This document shows, piece by piece, positions 46,178 to 54,019 of a DNA stretch of 64,000 nt (position 1 is the first letter of the stretch; each line of letters opens with the position of its first letter). The notes under the pieces were generated by a model. That model was not told the origin of the DNA, did no database searches, and saw nothing but the letters and a program-made list of their open reading frames with translations. A program made the translations under genes and the position numbers. Source of the DNA: an uncultured Hyphomicrobiales bacterium (GTDB lineage: Bacteria; Pseudomonadota; Alphaproteobacteria; Rhodospirillales; CAYFNC01); NCBI GenBank assembly GCA_964344345.1, contig CAYFNC010000011.1:18325-82324 (forward strand), in the 5' to 3' direction.

Positions 46178-46504
46178 ATGGCGAACCCGATTGGCGGCAT
46201 CAACAACGCGATTTCCGCGTACTCCAACACGTCGCGCATGTCCGGCGGCGAAGCGTCCTCGGGGGCCATGGACGCGCGCGATCAGGGAGACGAATTCGCC
46301 GATCTGGTCAAGTCCGCGCTCAAGGAAGCCCAGAAGATCGGGGAGCGCGGCGAACAGATGACCATGGCCGCCATCGCGGACAAGGCCGACATCAACAAGG
46401 TGGTCACCGCCGTGGCCGAAGCCGAAGTCACCCTGCAGACCGTCGTCGCCGTCCGCGACAAGGTGCTCGAGGCCTACAAGGAGATCATCCGCATGCCCAT
46501 GTAG
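46178..46504 (+). CDS. fliE: flagellar hook-basal body complex protein FliE
   Basis: 108 aa with C-terminal ...AV.EAE..LQT.VAVRDK...AY.EI..MP. Confidence 0.85.
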   Translation: MANPIGGINNAISAYSNTSRMSGGEASSGAMDARDQGDEFADLVKSALKEAQKIGERGEQMTMAAIADKADINKVVTAVAEAEVTLQTVVAVRDKVLEAYKEIIRMPM

Positions 46505-46533
46505 GGCGTGGTCTCCGTCTGCGGGAATATCCA

Positions 46534-46800
46534 ATGAACGAGGTAGCGGTTCTAGAGGTCGGGCGCGAAGCGCTGATGGTCATCTTGAAGACCTCCGGCC
46601 CGATTTTGGCCGCCGGCCTGATCATCGGCCTGATCATCGCCCTGTTCCAGGCGCTGACCTCGATCCAGGAAATGACCCTGACCTTCGTGCCCAAGATCAT
46701 CGTGGTCTTCATCTCCATCGTCGTGTTCCTGCCCTACATGATGAGGACGGTCATCGAATTCGCCCACGTCATGTTCGATCGAATCATCGCCTTGGGCTGA
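46534..46800 (+). CDS. fliQ: flagellar export apparatus protein FliQ
   Basis: 88 aa with two TMs. GPIL...L.IGL.I...QA.T.IQE.TL.F.PK is the FliQ signature. Confidence 0.9.
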   Translation: MNEVAVLEVGREALMVILKTSGPILAAGLIIGLIIALFQALTSIQEMTLTFVPKIIVVFISIVVFLPYMMRTVIEFAHVMFDRIIALG

Positions 46801-46806
46801 CGGGGC

Positions 46807-47568
46807 ATGCTTCAGGAATTCCTGTCCGTCAACATCTTCGCCTTTTTTCTGATCTTCGCGCGCATGGGAACCTTGCTCGCGATCATGCCGGGGTTCGGGG
46901 CCAACTACATCCCCATGCGGGCCCGGCTGATCTTCGCGGTGATGGTGACTTTCGTGGTCGCGCCGATCCTCACGCCCGGTCTGCCCGTCGCGCCCGCGGC
47001 GCCGTCGGCCCTGGTTCTGCTGATGGCGGGCGAGGTTTTCGTCGGAGGCTTCTTCGGCCTTTTGGGCCGCATCGTCATGAGTTCGCTCCAGGTCGCCGGC
47101 ACCTTGATTGCCTACTTCTCCTCCATGGCCAACGCCTTCATCAACGATCCCATCGCCGAACAGCAAAGCTCCGCGATCGCGGGCCTTCTCGGCACCATGG
47201 GGCTTTTGCTGATTTTCGTCACCGACCTGCACCACCTGATCCTCGCGGCGGCCATCGACAGCTACAGCCTGTTCGAGCCCGGCCGCCCCCTGCCCTTCGG
47301 CGACTTCAGCGAAATGGCGGTCAGACGTCTCTCGGAAAGCTTCGCGCTGGGGCTGCAGTTCGCCTCGCCGCTGATTCTCACGGCGCTGACTTATTACATC
47401 GGCATCGGCCTTCTGGGACGGCTGATGCCGACGTTGCAGGTGTTCTTTTTCGGCCTGCCGATCCAGATCGCGGTGCAGATTTGGACGATGTCGCTGGTGG
47501 TGTCGGGTATAATGTACGTGTTCCTGAACCAATTTCAGGAAACATTTATTACACTTTTGACGCCATAA
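46807..47568 (+). CDS. fliR: flagellar export apparatus protein FliR
   Basis: 253-aa polytopic protein in the position after fliQ, with the FARMG....MPGFG motif. Confidence 0.85.
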   Translation: MLQEFLSVNIFAFFLIFARMGTLLAIMPGFGANYIPMRARLIFAVMVTFVVAPILTPGLPVAPAAPSALVLLMAGEVFVGGFFGLLGRIVMSSLQVAGTLIAYFSSMANAFINDPIAEQQSSAIAGLLGTMGLLLIFVTDLHHLILAAAIDSYSLFEPGRPLPFGDFSEMAVRRLSESFALGLQFASPLILTALTYYIGIGLLGRLMPTLQVFFFGLPIQIAVQIWTMSLVVSGIMYVFLNQFQETFITLLTP

Positions 47569-47613
47569 TAGTCTCCCAAGGGCTTTTGGCGAGAGGACGC
47601 GGAAAGGCGCGAC

Positions 47614-48696
47614 ATGTCCGAAGACTCCGACGACGCATCAAAAACAGAAGATCCGACCGACAAAAAACTGTCGAAGGGCCGCGACAAGGGCCAGGTCGCC
47701 CAGTCCCAGGAAATCCGGAGTTGGGCCGTCCTGGTCGCGGGCACGCTGGTTCTGACCATGATGTCGCCGTGGTTGATGGGCAACGTGTCCGACGCGGTGA
47801 CGCCCTTCCTTGCGCGTCCCCACACCTATGACCTGGATCCCGGCGACCTGCAGCGCCTGATCGCGAGCGTCACCTCGGATCTCGGGATCATCCTCTGGCC
47901 GGTCTTCGCCCTGATCTCGGTCGCCGCGGTGGCGTCCAACCTGGCCCAGTTCGGCTTGCTTTGGGCCTCGGAAAAGCTCAAGCCCGAACTGAACAAGATC
48001 AGCCCCATCGCGGGCGTCAAGCGCGTGTTCTCGCTCAAGCAGGTGATAGAGTTCGTCAAGGGCATCATCAAGCTGTCCGTCGTGGCCGTGATCGCGCTGG
48101 CCGCCTCTATCCCGCTGATGACCGATCTCGAGTTGGTGCCCGGCTTCCATCTTCTGTTCACGCTCGACAGGCTGTACGACATCGCGATCCGTCTGGCGCT
48201 GGCGACCATCGCGGTGATGGCGGCGGTGGCGTTTCTCGACTACTTGTACCAACGATACGCCTTCATGAAACAGATGCGCATGACAAAGCAGGAAGTGAAG
48301 GACGAGCACAAGTCGTCCGAAGGCGACCCGCAGATCAAGTCCCGCATCCGCAGCCTGCGCATCGAACGCTTCCGCCAGCGCATGTTCTCGGCGCTGTCCG
48401 ATCGCGCCGACGTGGTGGTGACCAACCCGACCCATTACGCCGTCGCGCTTGAGTACAAGATCGACAGCATGCCCGCGCCGGTGCTGGTGGCCAAGGGCGT
48501 GGACCATATCGCCCACCGCATCAAGGAAGTGGCCGAATACAACGAGATTCCCATCGTCGAGAACCCGGCGCTGGCCCGCGCGCTTTATTCCGCCGTGGAG
48601 CTCGAGGACGAAATCCCGCCCGAGCACTACGTCGCGGTGGCCGAGGTCATCGGCTACGTCATGAACCTTAACGACGGACAAAGAAGGGTCCATTGA
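47614..48696 (+). CDS. flhB: flagellar export switch protein FlhB
   Basis: KTE.PT.KKL...R.KGQV..S.E, MTKQEVKDE.K..EGDP.IK.R.R and the autocleavage site NPTHYAVAL are present. Confidence 0.92.
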   Translation: MSEDSDDASKTEDPTDKKLSKGRDKGQVAQSQEIRSWAVLVAGTLVLTMMSPWLMGNVSDAVTPFLARPHTYDLDPGDLQRLIASVTSDLGIILWPVFALISVAAVASNLAQFGLLWASEKLKPELNKISPIAGVKRVFSLKQVIEFVKGIIKLSVVAVIALAASIPLMTDLELVPGFHLLFTLDRLYDIAIRLALATIAVMAAVAFLDYLYQRYAFMKQMRMTKQEVKDEHKSSEGDPQIKSRIRSLRIERFRQRMFSALSDRADVVVTNPTHYAVALEYKIDSMPAPVLVAKGVDHIAHRIKEVAEYNEIPIVENPALARALYSAVELEDEIPPEHYVAVAEVIGYVMNLNDGQRRVH

Positions 48697-51173
48697 TGGA
48701 GGCCGACGCCAATTTCTGGCGGCGGCTGATGTCGTGGCGCCTCGCGCCCTGGGTCGCCGGGGTGTTCCTCTGCGTTGCGGGCGCGGTGTTCATCGCGGTG
48801 GCCCACCCGTCCTTCGCCGCGCTCGCGGGCGCCTTGGGCGCGGCGGCGGCGGCGGCGCTGGTGGGGCTGGGCTGGACCGCAGCCCGCAACATCCGCAAGG
48901 AGGAGGCGTCAGAGCTTCTGATCCTCGCCGCCGAGGGCAGCCCGGTGGCGCACCTGATCACCGACTCCAAGGGGAATTTCCTCTACGCCAACTCGGCCTT
49001 CCACCGCCTGTTCCTCCTCGCCACCTCCCTTGACGCGGTGGCCGCCATCGTCGGCGGCGACGAGGGGTACGAGGCCTTCGCCAGGCTTCGGGCCAGCGCG
49101 TCTGCGGGGGTGTCGGACTCGGCGGAAATCCCGCTGGACATCCCGTCCGGCGGCACGGAATGGCGCCATATCAGCGTCTTCCCCCTGCAAGGCATGTCCG
49201 GCCACGCGCTGTGGCGGGCCGAGGACGCCACGGCGCGGCGCGAATTGGAGGTCGTGCGTCGGCGAGAGGAGGACATGCTTGCCGACTTCCTCGACCACCT
49301 GCCGGTCGGATTCTTCTCCGCCGACCCGGACGGGCGAATCCTGTACGCCAACCAAACGCTGGCCGACTGGCTCGAGGTGCCGCTGAAAAGCATGATCGGC
49401 CAGGGGCGCAAGTTCTCGGACTTCGTGGTTGATGGCGGGCAGCGCCAGGGGTCCGGCGACCGGAGCCAGGGCGAAGTGGTTCTCGAGGCGGCGTCGGGCG
49501 AGACCTTCCGCGCCGTCCTGGCGCAGTCCGAGCGGGACGACGACAAGGGCGAGATGGTCTACACCCGTTCGGTGGTGCTGCGCAGCGTGAGCATGCCGAG
49601 GCGGCAATCGAGCGCCGAGGGCTCGGCCGACGTCGCCCGCGAACGGCTGCAGTCGGTGTTCGAGGGCGCGCCGGTGGGCATCGCCATCCTCAACCTTTCG
49701 GGCGAGGTCACGGACTGCAACCGCTCGTTCCTGAAAATGCTGGGCCTGCATCAGGAGGCGGTGATGGGCCGCCCGTTCTCGGACCGGGTCAACAAGGAAT
49801 CCCGCGAGGACATCGCGGCGCAACTCTCGAAACTGGTCATGGGCACCATGCGCGCGGTGGCGCTGGAGGACGTGCGCATCCCCGGCGCGGGCCAGCGCGA
49901 GCTGGTCACCACCGTCTACGCCAGTCCCGTGGCCGGGGCCGAGGGCGACCCGGAGGGCCTGGTGCTCCACGTCATCGACACCACCGAGCAAAAGCACCTG
50001 GAGGTCCAGTTCGCCCAGTCCCAGAAGATGCAGGCGGTGGGCCAGCTCGCTGGCGGGGTGGCCCACGACTTCAACAACCTGCTGACCGCCATGATCGGGT
50101 TCTGCGACCTTTTGCTGGCGCGCCACGGGCCCGAGGATCCGTCCTTCGCCGACATCATGCAGATCAAGCAGAACGCCAACCGCGCCACCAACCTGGTGCG
50201 CCAGCTTCTGGCGTTCTCGCGCAAGCAGAAACTCCAGCCCGTGATCATGGACCCGACCGAGGCGCTGTCGGACCTGTCCAACCTGATCCGCCGCCTGATC
50301 GGCGAGAACATCGAGCTGAAGATGGAGCACGAGGCCGAGGTCGGCGTGATCCGCGCCGACAGGGGCCAGTTCGACCAGGTGCTGATCAACTTGGCCGTCA
50401 ACGCACGCGACGCCATGTCTGGCGGGGGCGCGCTGACCATCCGCACCTCTCGGGTCGAAGTCCACGAGCCCACCCACCACGGCCACGAGCTGATTCCGGC
50501 CAACAGCTACGTGGTGCTGGAGGTCGCAGACACCGGCGTCGGCATCCCGAAGGAGAACCTGAACCACATCTTCGAGCCCTTCTTCTCCACCAAGGAGGTG
50601 GGCCAGGGCACGGGACTGGGGCTTTCCACGGTCTACGGCATCGTTCGCCAGTCCGACGGCTTCGTCTTCGTCGACAGCGCGGTGGGCCAGGGCACCACCT
50701 TCACCATCTACCTGCCGGTGTTCGAGCCCAAGCCCGACAGCCCCGAGGCCCGCCAACTCGCCGCCCGCAACGCGGCCCCGGTCGACGACGCCGCCGACCT
50801 GACCGGCGAGGGCGTGGTGCTTCTGGTGGAGGACGAGGCGGCGGTGCGCATGTTCGGCGCCCGGGCGCTGCGCAACAAGGGCTACCACGTGCTCGAAGCC
50901 GAGAACGGAGAGGCGGCGCTGGAAGTCGTCAACCAGACCGACCAGAAGATCGACCTGATCATCTCGGACGTGGTCATGCCCGGCATGGACGGCCACACCT
51001 TCGTCCAGCTGGTGCGCCAGGAGCTCCAGGACGTCAAGGTGATCCTGATCTCCGGCTACGCCGAGGACGCGCTGTCCGAAAACATCAGCCGCGACGAAAC
51101 CGTCGAATTCCTGCCCAAGCCCTTCAGTCTGAAGGACCTGGCCGGAAAGGTGAAGGACGTGTTGGGGGGGTAG
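48696..51173 (+). CDS. hybrid sensor histidine kinase / response regulator with PAS domains, CckA-like
   Basis: Two N-terminal TMs and 2-3 PAS blocks. H-box KMQAVGQLAGGVAHDFNNLLTAMIGFCDLLL, N/G boxes and a C-terminal receiver (LLVEDE...DLIISDVVMPGMDG...KPF). The start overlaps the flhB stop (TGATG). Orthology to CckA is inferred from architecture and H-box only. Confidence 0.8.
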   Translation: MEADANFWRRLMSWRLAPWVAGVFLCVAGAVFIAVAHPSFAALAGALGAAAAAALVGLGWTAARNIRKEEASELLILAAEGSPVAHLITDSKGNFLYANSAFHRLFLLATSLDAVAAIVGGDEGYEAFARLRASASAGVSDSAEIPLDIPSGGTEWRHISVFPLQGMSGHALWRAEDATARRELEVVRRREEDMLADFLDHLPVGFFSADPDGRILYANQTLADWLEVPLKSMIGQGRKFSDFVVDGGQRQGSGDRSQGEVVLEAASGETFRAVLAQSERDDDKGEMVYTRSVVLRSVSMPRRQSSAEGSADVARERLQSVFEGAPVGIAILNLSGEVTDCNRSFLKMLGLHQEAVMGRPFSDRVNKESREDIAAQLSKLVMGTMRAVALEDVRIPGAGQRELVTTVYASPVAGAEGDPEGLVLHVIDTTEQKHLEVQFAQSQKMQAVGQLAGGVAHDFNNLLTAMIGFCDLLLARHGPEDPSFADIMQIKQNANRATNLVRQLLAFSRKQKLQPVIMDPTEALSDLSNLIRRLIGENIELKMEHEAEVGVIRADRGQFDQVLINLAVNARDAMSGGGALTIRTSRVEVHEPTHHGHELIPANSYVVLEVADTGVGIPKENLNHIFEPFFSTKEVGQGTGLGLSTVYGIVRQSDGFVFVDSAVGQGTTFTIYLPVFEPKPDSPEARQLAARNAAPVDDAADLTGEGVVLLVEDEAAVRMFGARALRNKGYHVLEAENGEAALEVVNQTDQKIDLIISDVVMPGMDGHTFVQLVRQELQDVKVILISGYAEDALSENISRDETVEFLPKPFSLKDLAGKVKDVLGG

Positions 51174-51228
51174 GAAAACATTATTGCCGTCATGAGGTTA
51201 AGGCAAGATACTAAGGCAACGAACATAC

Positions 51229-51243
51229 GTTCACTATATGTTC
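51229..51243. promoter_or_regulatory. GTTC-N7-GTTC direct repeat (alphaproteobacterial LexA/SOS-box pattern) abutting the -35
   Basis: GTTC at 51229-51232, ACTATAT, then GTTC at 51240-51243. It is embedded in the palindromes GAACATACGTTC and GAACATA-N9-TATGTTC. Two TAAGGCAA direct repeats lie just upstream (51199, 51212). Confidence 0.45.
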
Positions 51244-51272
51244 TTGACAAAGCCGACACACTAGGTTAAATT
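51244..51272 (+). promoter_or_regulatory. near-consensus sigma-70 promoter (TTGACA-17 nt-TAAATT) at the left edge of the low-GC island
   Basis: Perfect -35, 17-nt spacer, and 4 of 6 matches in the -10, read directly. Confidence 0.55.
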
Positions 51273-51427
51273 TCCTATTGTGTTGGCTGGAGCGAGACCG
51301 ATGATAAAGCATCTGCATTCTGTCCTGTCTATGCATCTGAAAATCCATCAAAACCTTGTGGCAACGGTTAATCACGTGTTAGTGTATAAAATGTATTTTT
51401 GGATTGACGGCAATAGGAGGCGCAATT

Positions 51428-51559
51428 ATGAATACCCTCTCAAGCCTACGTCCGATAAGAGGCCTGCTTTCGGTGCCGGAAAAATCCGACTGTTCTCTAC
51501 TGCATCGTCAGCTCCACACGGTCCGCATGCACAATCAGGAGAGGGGAACGGCAATATGA
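51428..51559 (+). CDS. candidate mini-ORF (43 aa) inside the low-GC island
   Basis: Not in the ORF track (under 60 aa). An AGGAGG Shine-Dalgarno sequence lies 9 nt before the ATG at 51428. Translation: MNTLSSLRPIRGLLSVPEKSDCSLLHRQLHTVRMHNQERGTAI. Its stop overlaps the next ATG (ATATGA). Confidence 0.35.
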   Translation: MNTLSSLRPIRGLLSVPEKSDCSLLHRQLHTVRMHNQERGTAI

Positions 51560-51777
51560 CCTCAACTGCTCAAGCTCAACACTTTTTTGAGCCTCTAAAA
51601 GCAGATGACTTCAAGGTCACACCGATAGGCGAACTGATGGATAAACATTCTGGGCTTCGGGAAGCAGCGAGGACAAACCTCGGAAACTCCCAAGAAGAGC
51701 ACAATGACGAGGAAGCGGACGCGGAGCTTCCTAGTTTGGCTTCGGGAGTCTGGAAGTCTCTGCGCCACACAACCTAA
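51556..51777 (+). CDS. candidate small acidic protein (73 aa) inside the low-GC island
   Basis: ATG at 51556 is preceded by AGGAGAGGGGA. Translation begins MTSTAQAQHFFEPLKADDFKV and ends in an acidic segment. A terminator hairpin follows. The 165-aa version in the ORF track (from GTG 51280) has an implausible N-terminus. Confidence 0.4.
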   Translation: MTSTAQAQHFFEPLKADDFKVTPIGELMDKHSGLREAARTNLGNSQEEHNDEEADAELPSLASGVWKSLRHTT

Positions 51778-51803
51778 ACCCAAACGAATTCAGCATAAAG
51801 TAT

Positions 51804-51830
51804 GGCCCCATGTTAATGGGGCTTTACTTT
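51804..51830 (+). terminator. terminator-like hairpin (GCCCCA-TGTTAA-TGGGGC followed by TTTACTTT)
   Basis: 6-bp GC stem with an interrupted T-tract, 27 nt after the small-ORF stop. Confidence 0.5.
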
Positions 51831-51880
51831 GCCACAACACAAATGGTTGTAAATCTATAGAGTAGGGGGCGTTTTCCCAA

Positions 51881-52654
51881 ATGACTGGACATGATCATTA
51901 CTCCACTAGCGGTAAAAAAGTTGTTGCCTGTGACCAAGAGACAAAGAAAATTAGTCCGGTTGAACCTTGCATGGTGGATGATCGACCTCAGACATGCGAA
52001 TTGATACCGTCGGGATATGGATATTTTTGTCAATATGAGCGGGACATCATAGATCTTCGCCGAGAGAATCTTCAAAACATCTATAATAATTTAGAAAAAC
52101 TATCAGAAGCCGAAGAACAAAATCAGAAACTCCCCGCATTTTGTACGTATGAATACAATCCATTGATTGCAACAGAATTGTGTGAATATTACATGAATGA
52201 CTTAAAGCGAGATCGTGGAGCTCATGGGCTTTCAGGAGGAAGCAGCAAGGTGCGTAGAGCTGCCTATATGAGCCGGCTGGTGGCTAAACATAAGCCAATT
52301 ATCCTGCGCTTCCCCGAGCCATTTATGAAGGCCGACAGATTATCAAAAATGCTAAACATAGCAACTGAAACAAAAAACTTATCTAAACCGCATGAAGACG
52401 AAGACCTTCCTGAGTGGTTCTTGAGGTTAAACCAGACATTTTCCATTTTGACTTTCTATTATTATCTTGGAGTAAAGGAAAAAACCCTAGAAAAGCTACC
52501 AAACCGTAGCAAAATTGACAAAATTATAGAGTTCACTCTCATCCACCGCGACCCTGATGTTGAGATGTTGATGGCATTGGGGCAAACAATTGTCTCCTTT
52601 GCCGAATTTGCAGAAATGCGGGACAATTCGAAGGAAGAAAAAGAAGCTTCCTAG
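51881..52654 (+). CDS. orphan protein (257 aa), Cys-rich N-terminus, no family recognised
   Basis: A 774-nt open frame in DNA of about 35% G+C, where stops should be frequent, argues for coding. No motif known to me is present. Confidence 0.55.
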   Translation: MTGHDHYSTSGKKVVACDQETKKISPVEPCMVDDRPQTCELIPSGYGYFCQYERDIIDLRRENLQNIYNNLEKLSEAEEQNQKLPAFCTYEYNPLIATELCEYYMNDLKRDRGAHGLSGGSSKVRRAAYMSRLVAKHKPIILRFPEPFMKADRLSKMLNIATETKNLSKPHEDEDLPEWFLRLNQTFSILTFYYYLGVKEKTLEKLPNRSKIDKIIEFTLIHRDPDVEMLMALGQTIVSFAEFAEMRDNSKEEKEAS

Positions 52655-52676
52655 GATTGCTTTGATGCAATAACCG

Positions 52677-53066
52677 TCAATTCACCGGCTGCTTCTCGAG
52701 GTCCCGCACCATCTGGGCCAGTTCGCCCTTCAGCGGCGTGATCATGGGCTCGACCTCGGCCATCATGCGCTTGACCTCGGCCATGTCCTCGAGGCCGATC
52801 TCGCCGTCCTCCATCAGCAGGGGCGTCAGCTTCAGGAACGTCTCCATGCCCTCGATCAGGCAGCCGAGCTCGTAGGACCGGAGCTCCCGGGTGTCGACGC
52901 CGTCGGGGAACAGCGCCAGCATCTCGCGAACGATGACGTGGTCCGGGGTGATCTGGACCGGGACGTGGCCGTCGAAGCCGTCCTTGAAGGCCTCCATGTT
53001 CTCGCCCTCGAGCCAGGCGAGCCGCTGGTTGAGCACGTTGCCCCAAATGGGGTTTCCGATCTTCAT
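52677..53066 (-). CDS. hypothetical protein (129 aa) coupled to the alpha/beta hydrolase
   Basis: The ATG at 53066 overlaps the hydrolase stop (ATGA) and follows a GGAGG Shine-Dalgarno sequence. The longer 406-aa ORF in this frame is run-on. Confidence 0.55.
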   Translation of the reverse strand: MKIGNPIWGNVLNQRLAWLEGENMEAFKDGFDGHVPVQITPDHVIVREMLALFPDGVDTRELRSYELGCLIEGMETFLKLTPLLMEDGEIGLEDMAEVKRMMAEVEPMITPLKGELAQMVRDLEKQPVN

Positions 53067-53884
53067 GCGGCCTCCTTTCCTCCCACGGCCTCCTCCAGCC
53101 ACGCGGCCATGCGGGCGGCCGGGGCTTCCCAATCGGGCTCCAGCATCATGGCGTGGGCCATGCCCGGGAAAACCTCGAAATCGACGCCTAAGGCCTCGGC
53201 GGTCTCCGCCACCAGGTGGCCGGGAAAGAAGGCGTCGTTCTCGGCGCCGAGGACCAGCATGGGGATGTTTTTCTCCCGCACCGCCTCGATTTCGCCGCGC
53301 CGGGGCAGGCCGGGGCCCATCATCTCCATCACCGCGATCGGGGATTCCGCCTGGGGCTTTTGGAAGTACTCCCGCACCAGGTCGTGGTCGAGGCCGTCGG
53401 AGAACAGCGCCCGGCGCATTGAGGTCGGCGACGCCATCCAGAACGCGCCCGACTGCACCATCGCCATGCTCGCGAACAGGTGGGGATCGCGCATCATCAG
53501 CCCCATGGACGCGCCGAAGAGCCCGCTGGGCGGCACCGGCGCCATGAAGATCGCGGCGGGCGCGTCGTTTTCGACCAGGTAATGCTGGATCAGGATCGCG
53601 CCCATGGAATGGCCGACCAGGATCGGCGGCGTTCCGATTTTCTCGATGGCGCTCGCCAAGTCCTCCACGTAATCGCCGACGCGGGACGTCATCAGGCGCA
53701 TGGCCCCGCCGCTTTTGCCGTGGCCGCGCAGGCTGAGCGCGTGGCAGGGCCAGCCCCTCTCGGCGAAATAGGGCATGAAATGCACGTCCCACACCCACGC
53801 GCCGGAATTGGCGCCGTGAACGAACAGAATCGGCCGGGGCTTTTCTTGGCCTCTCGGCGCCTCGGAAATGATCTCCAGGTCCAT
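53063..53884 (-). CDS. alpha/beta-fold hydrolase
   Basis: PILFVHGANSGAWVW (oxyanion-hole HG), nucleophile elbow GHSMGA, and a C-terminal H in FPGMAHAMMLE. Confidence 0.75.
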   Translation of the reverse strand: MDLEIISEAPRGQEKPRPILFVHGANSGAWVWDVHFMPYFAERGWPCHALSLRGHGKSGGAMRLMTSRVGDYVEDLASAIEKIGTPPILVGHSMGAILIQHYLVENDAPAAIFMAPVPPSGLFGASMGLMMRDPHLFASMAMVQSGAFWMASPTSMRRALFSDGLDHDLVREYFQKPQAESPIAVMEMMGPGLPRRGEIEAVREKNIPMLVLGAENDAFFPGHLVAETAEALGVDFEVFPGMAHAMMLEPDWEAPAARMAAWLEEAVGGKEAA

Positions 53885-54019
53885 GGTTTCCCCCCAATCT
53901 CCCTGATAAGACAATACGGCACCCTGCGCGATTGGCAAGATCGCCGCTTCGCCGTTGACACGCCCCGCCTTGTATGAAAGATCGGCGCCAGTTCTACACG
54001 ACCAAAAGGGGGGAGCGAA

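Noticed and set aside
51280-51777. 165-aa ORF starting at GTG 51280, read as a single gene.
   Set aside because: Its first 90 residues look non-protein-like, and it would start at the predicted transcription start with no Shine-Dalgarno sequence. A Shine-Dalgarno-preceded 43-codon ORF in another frame and a Shine-Dalgarno-preceded 73-codon ORF in this frame fit better. This remains uncertain.
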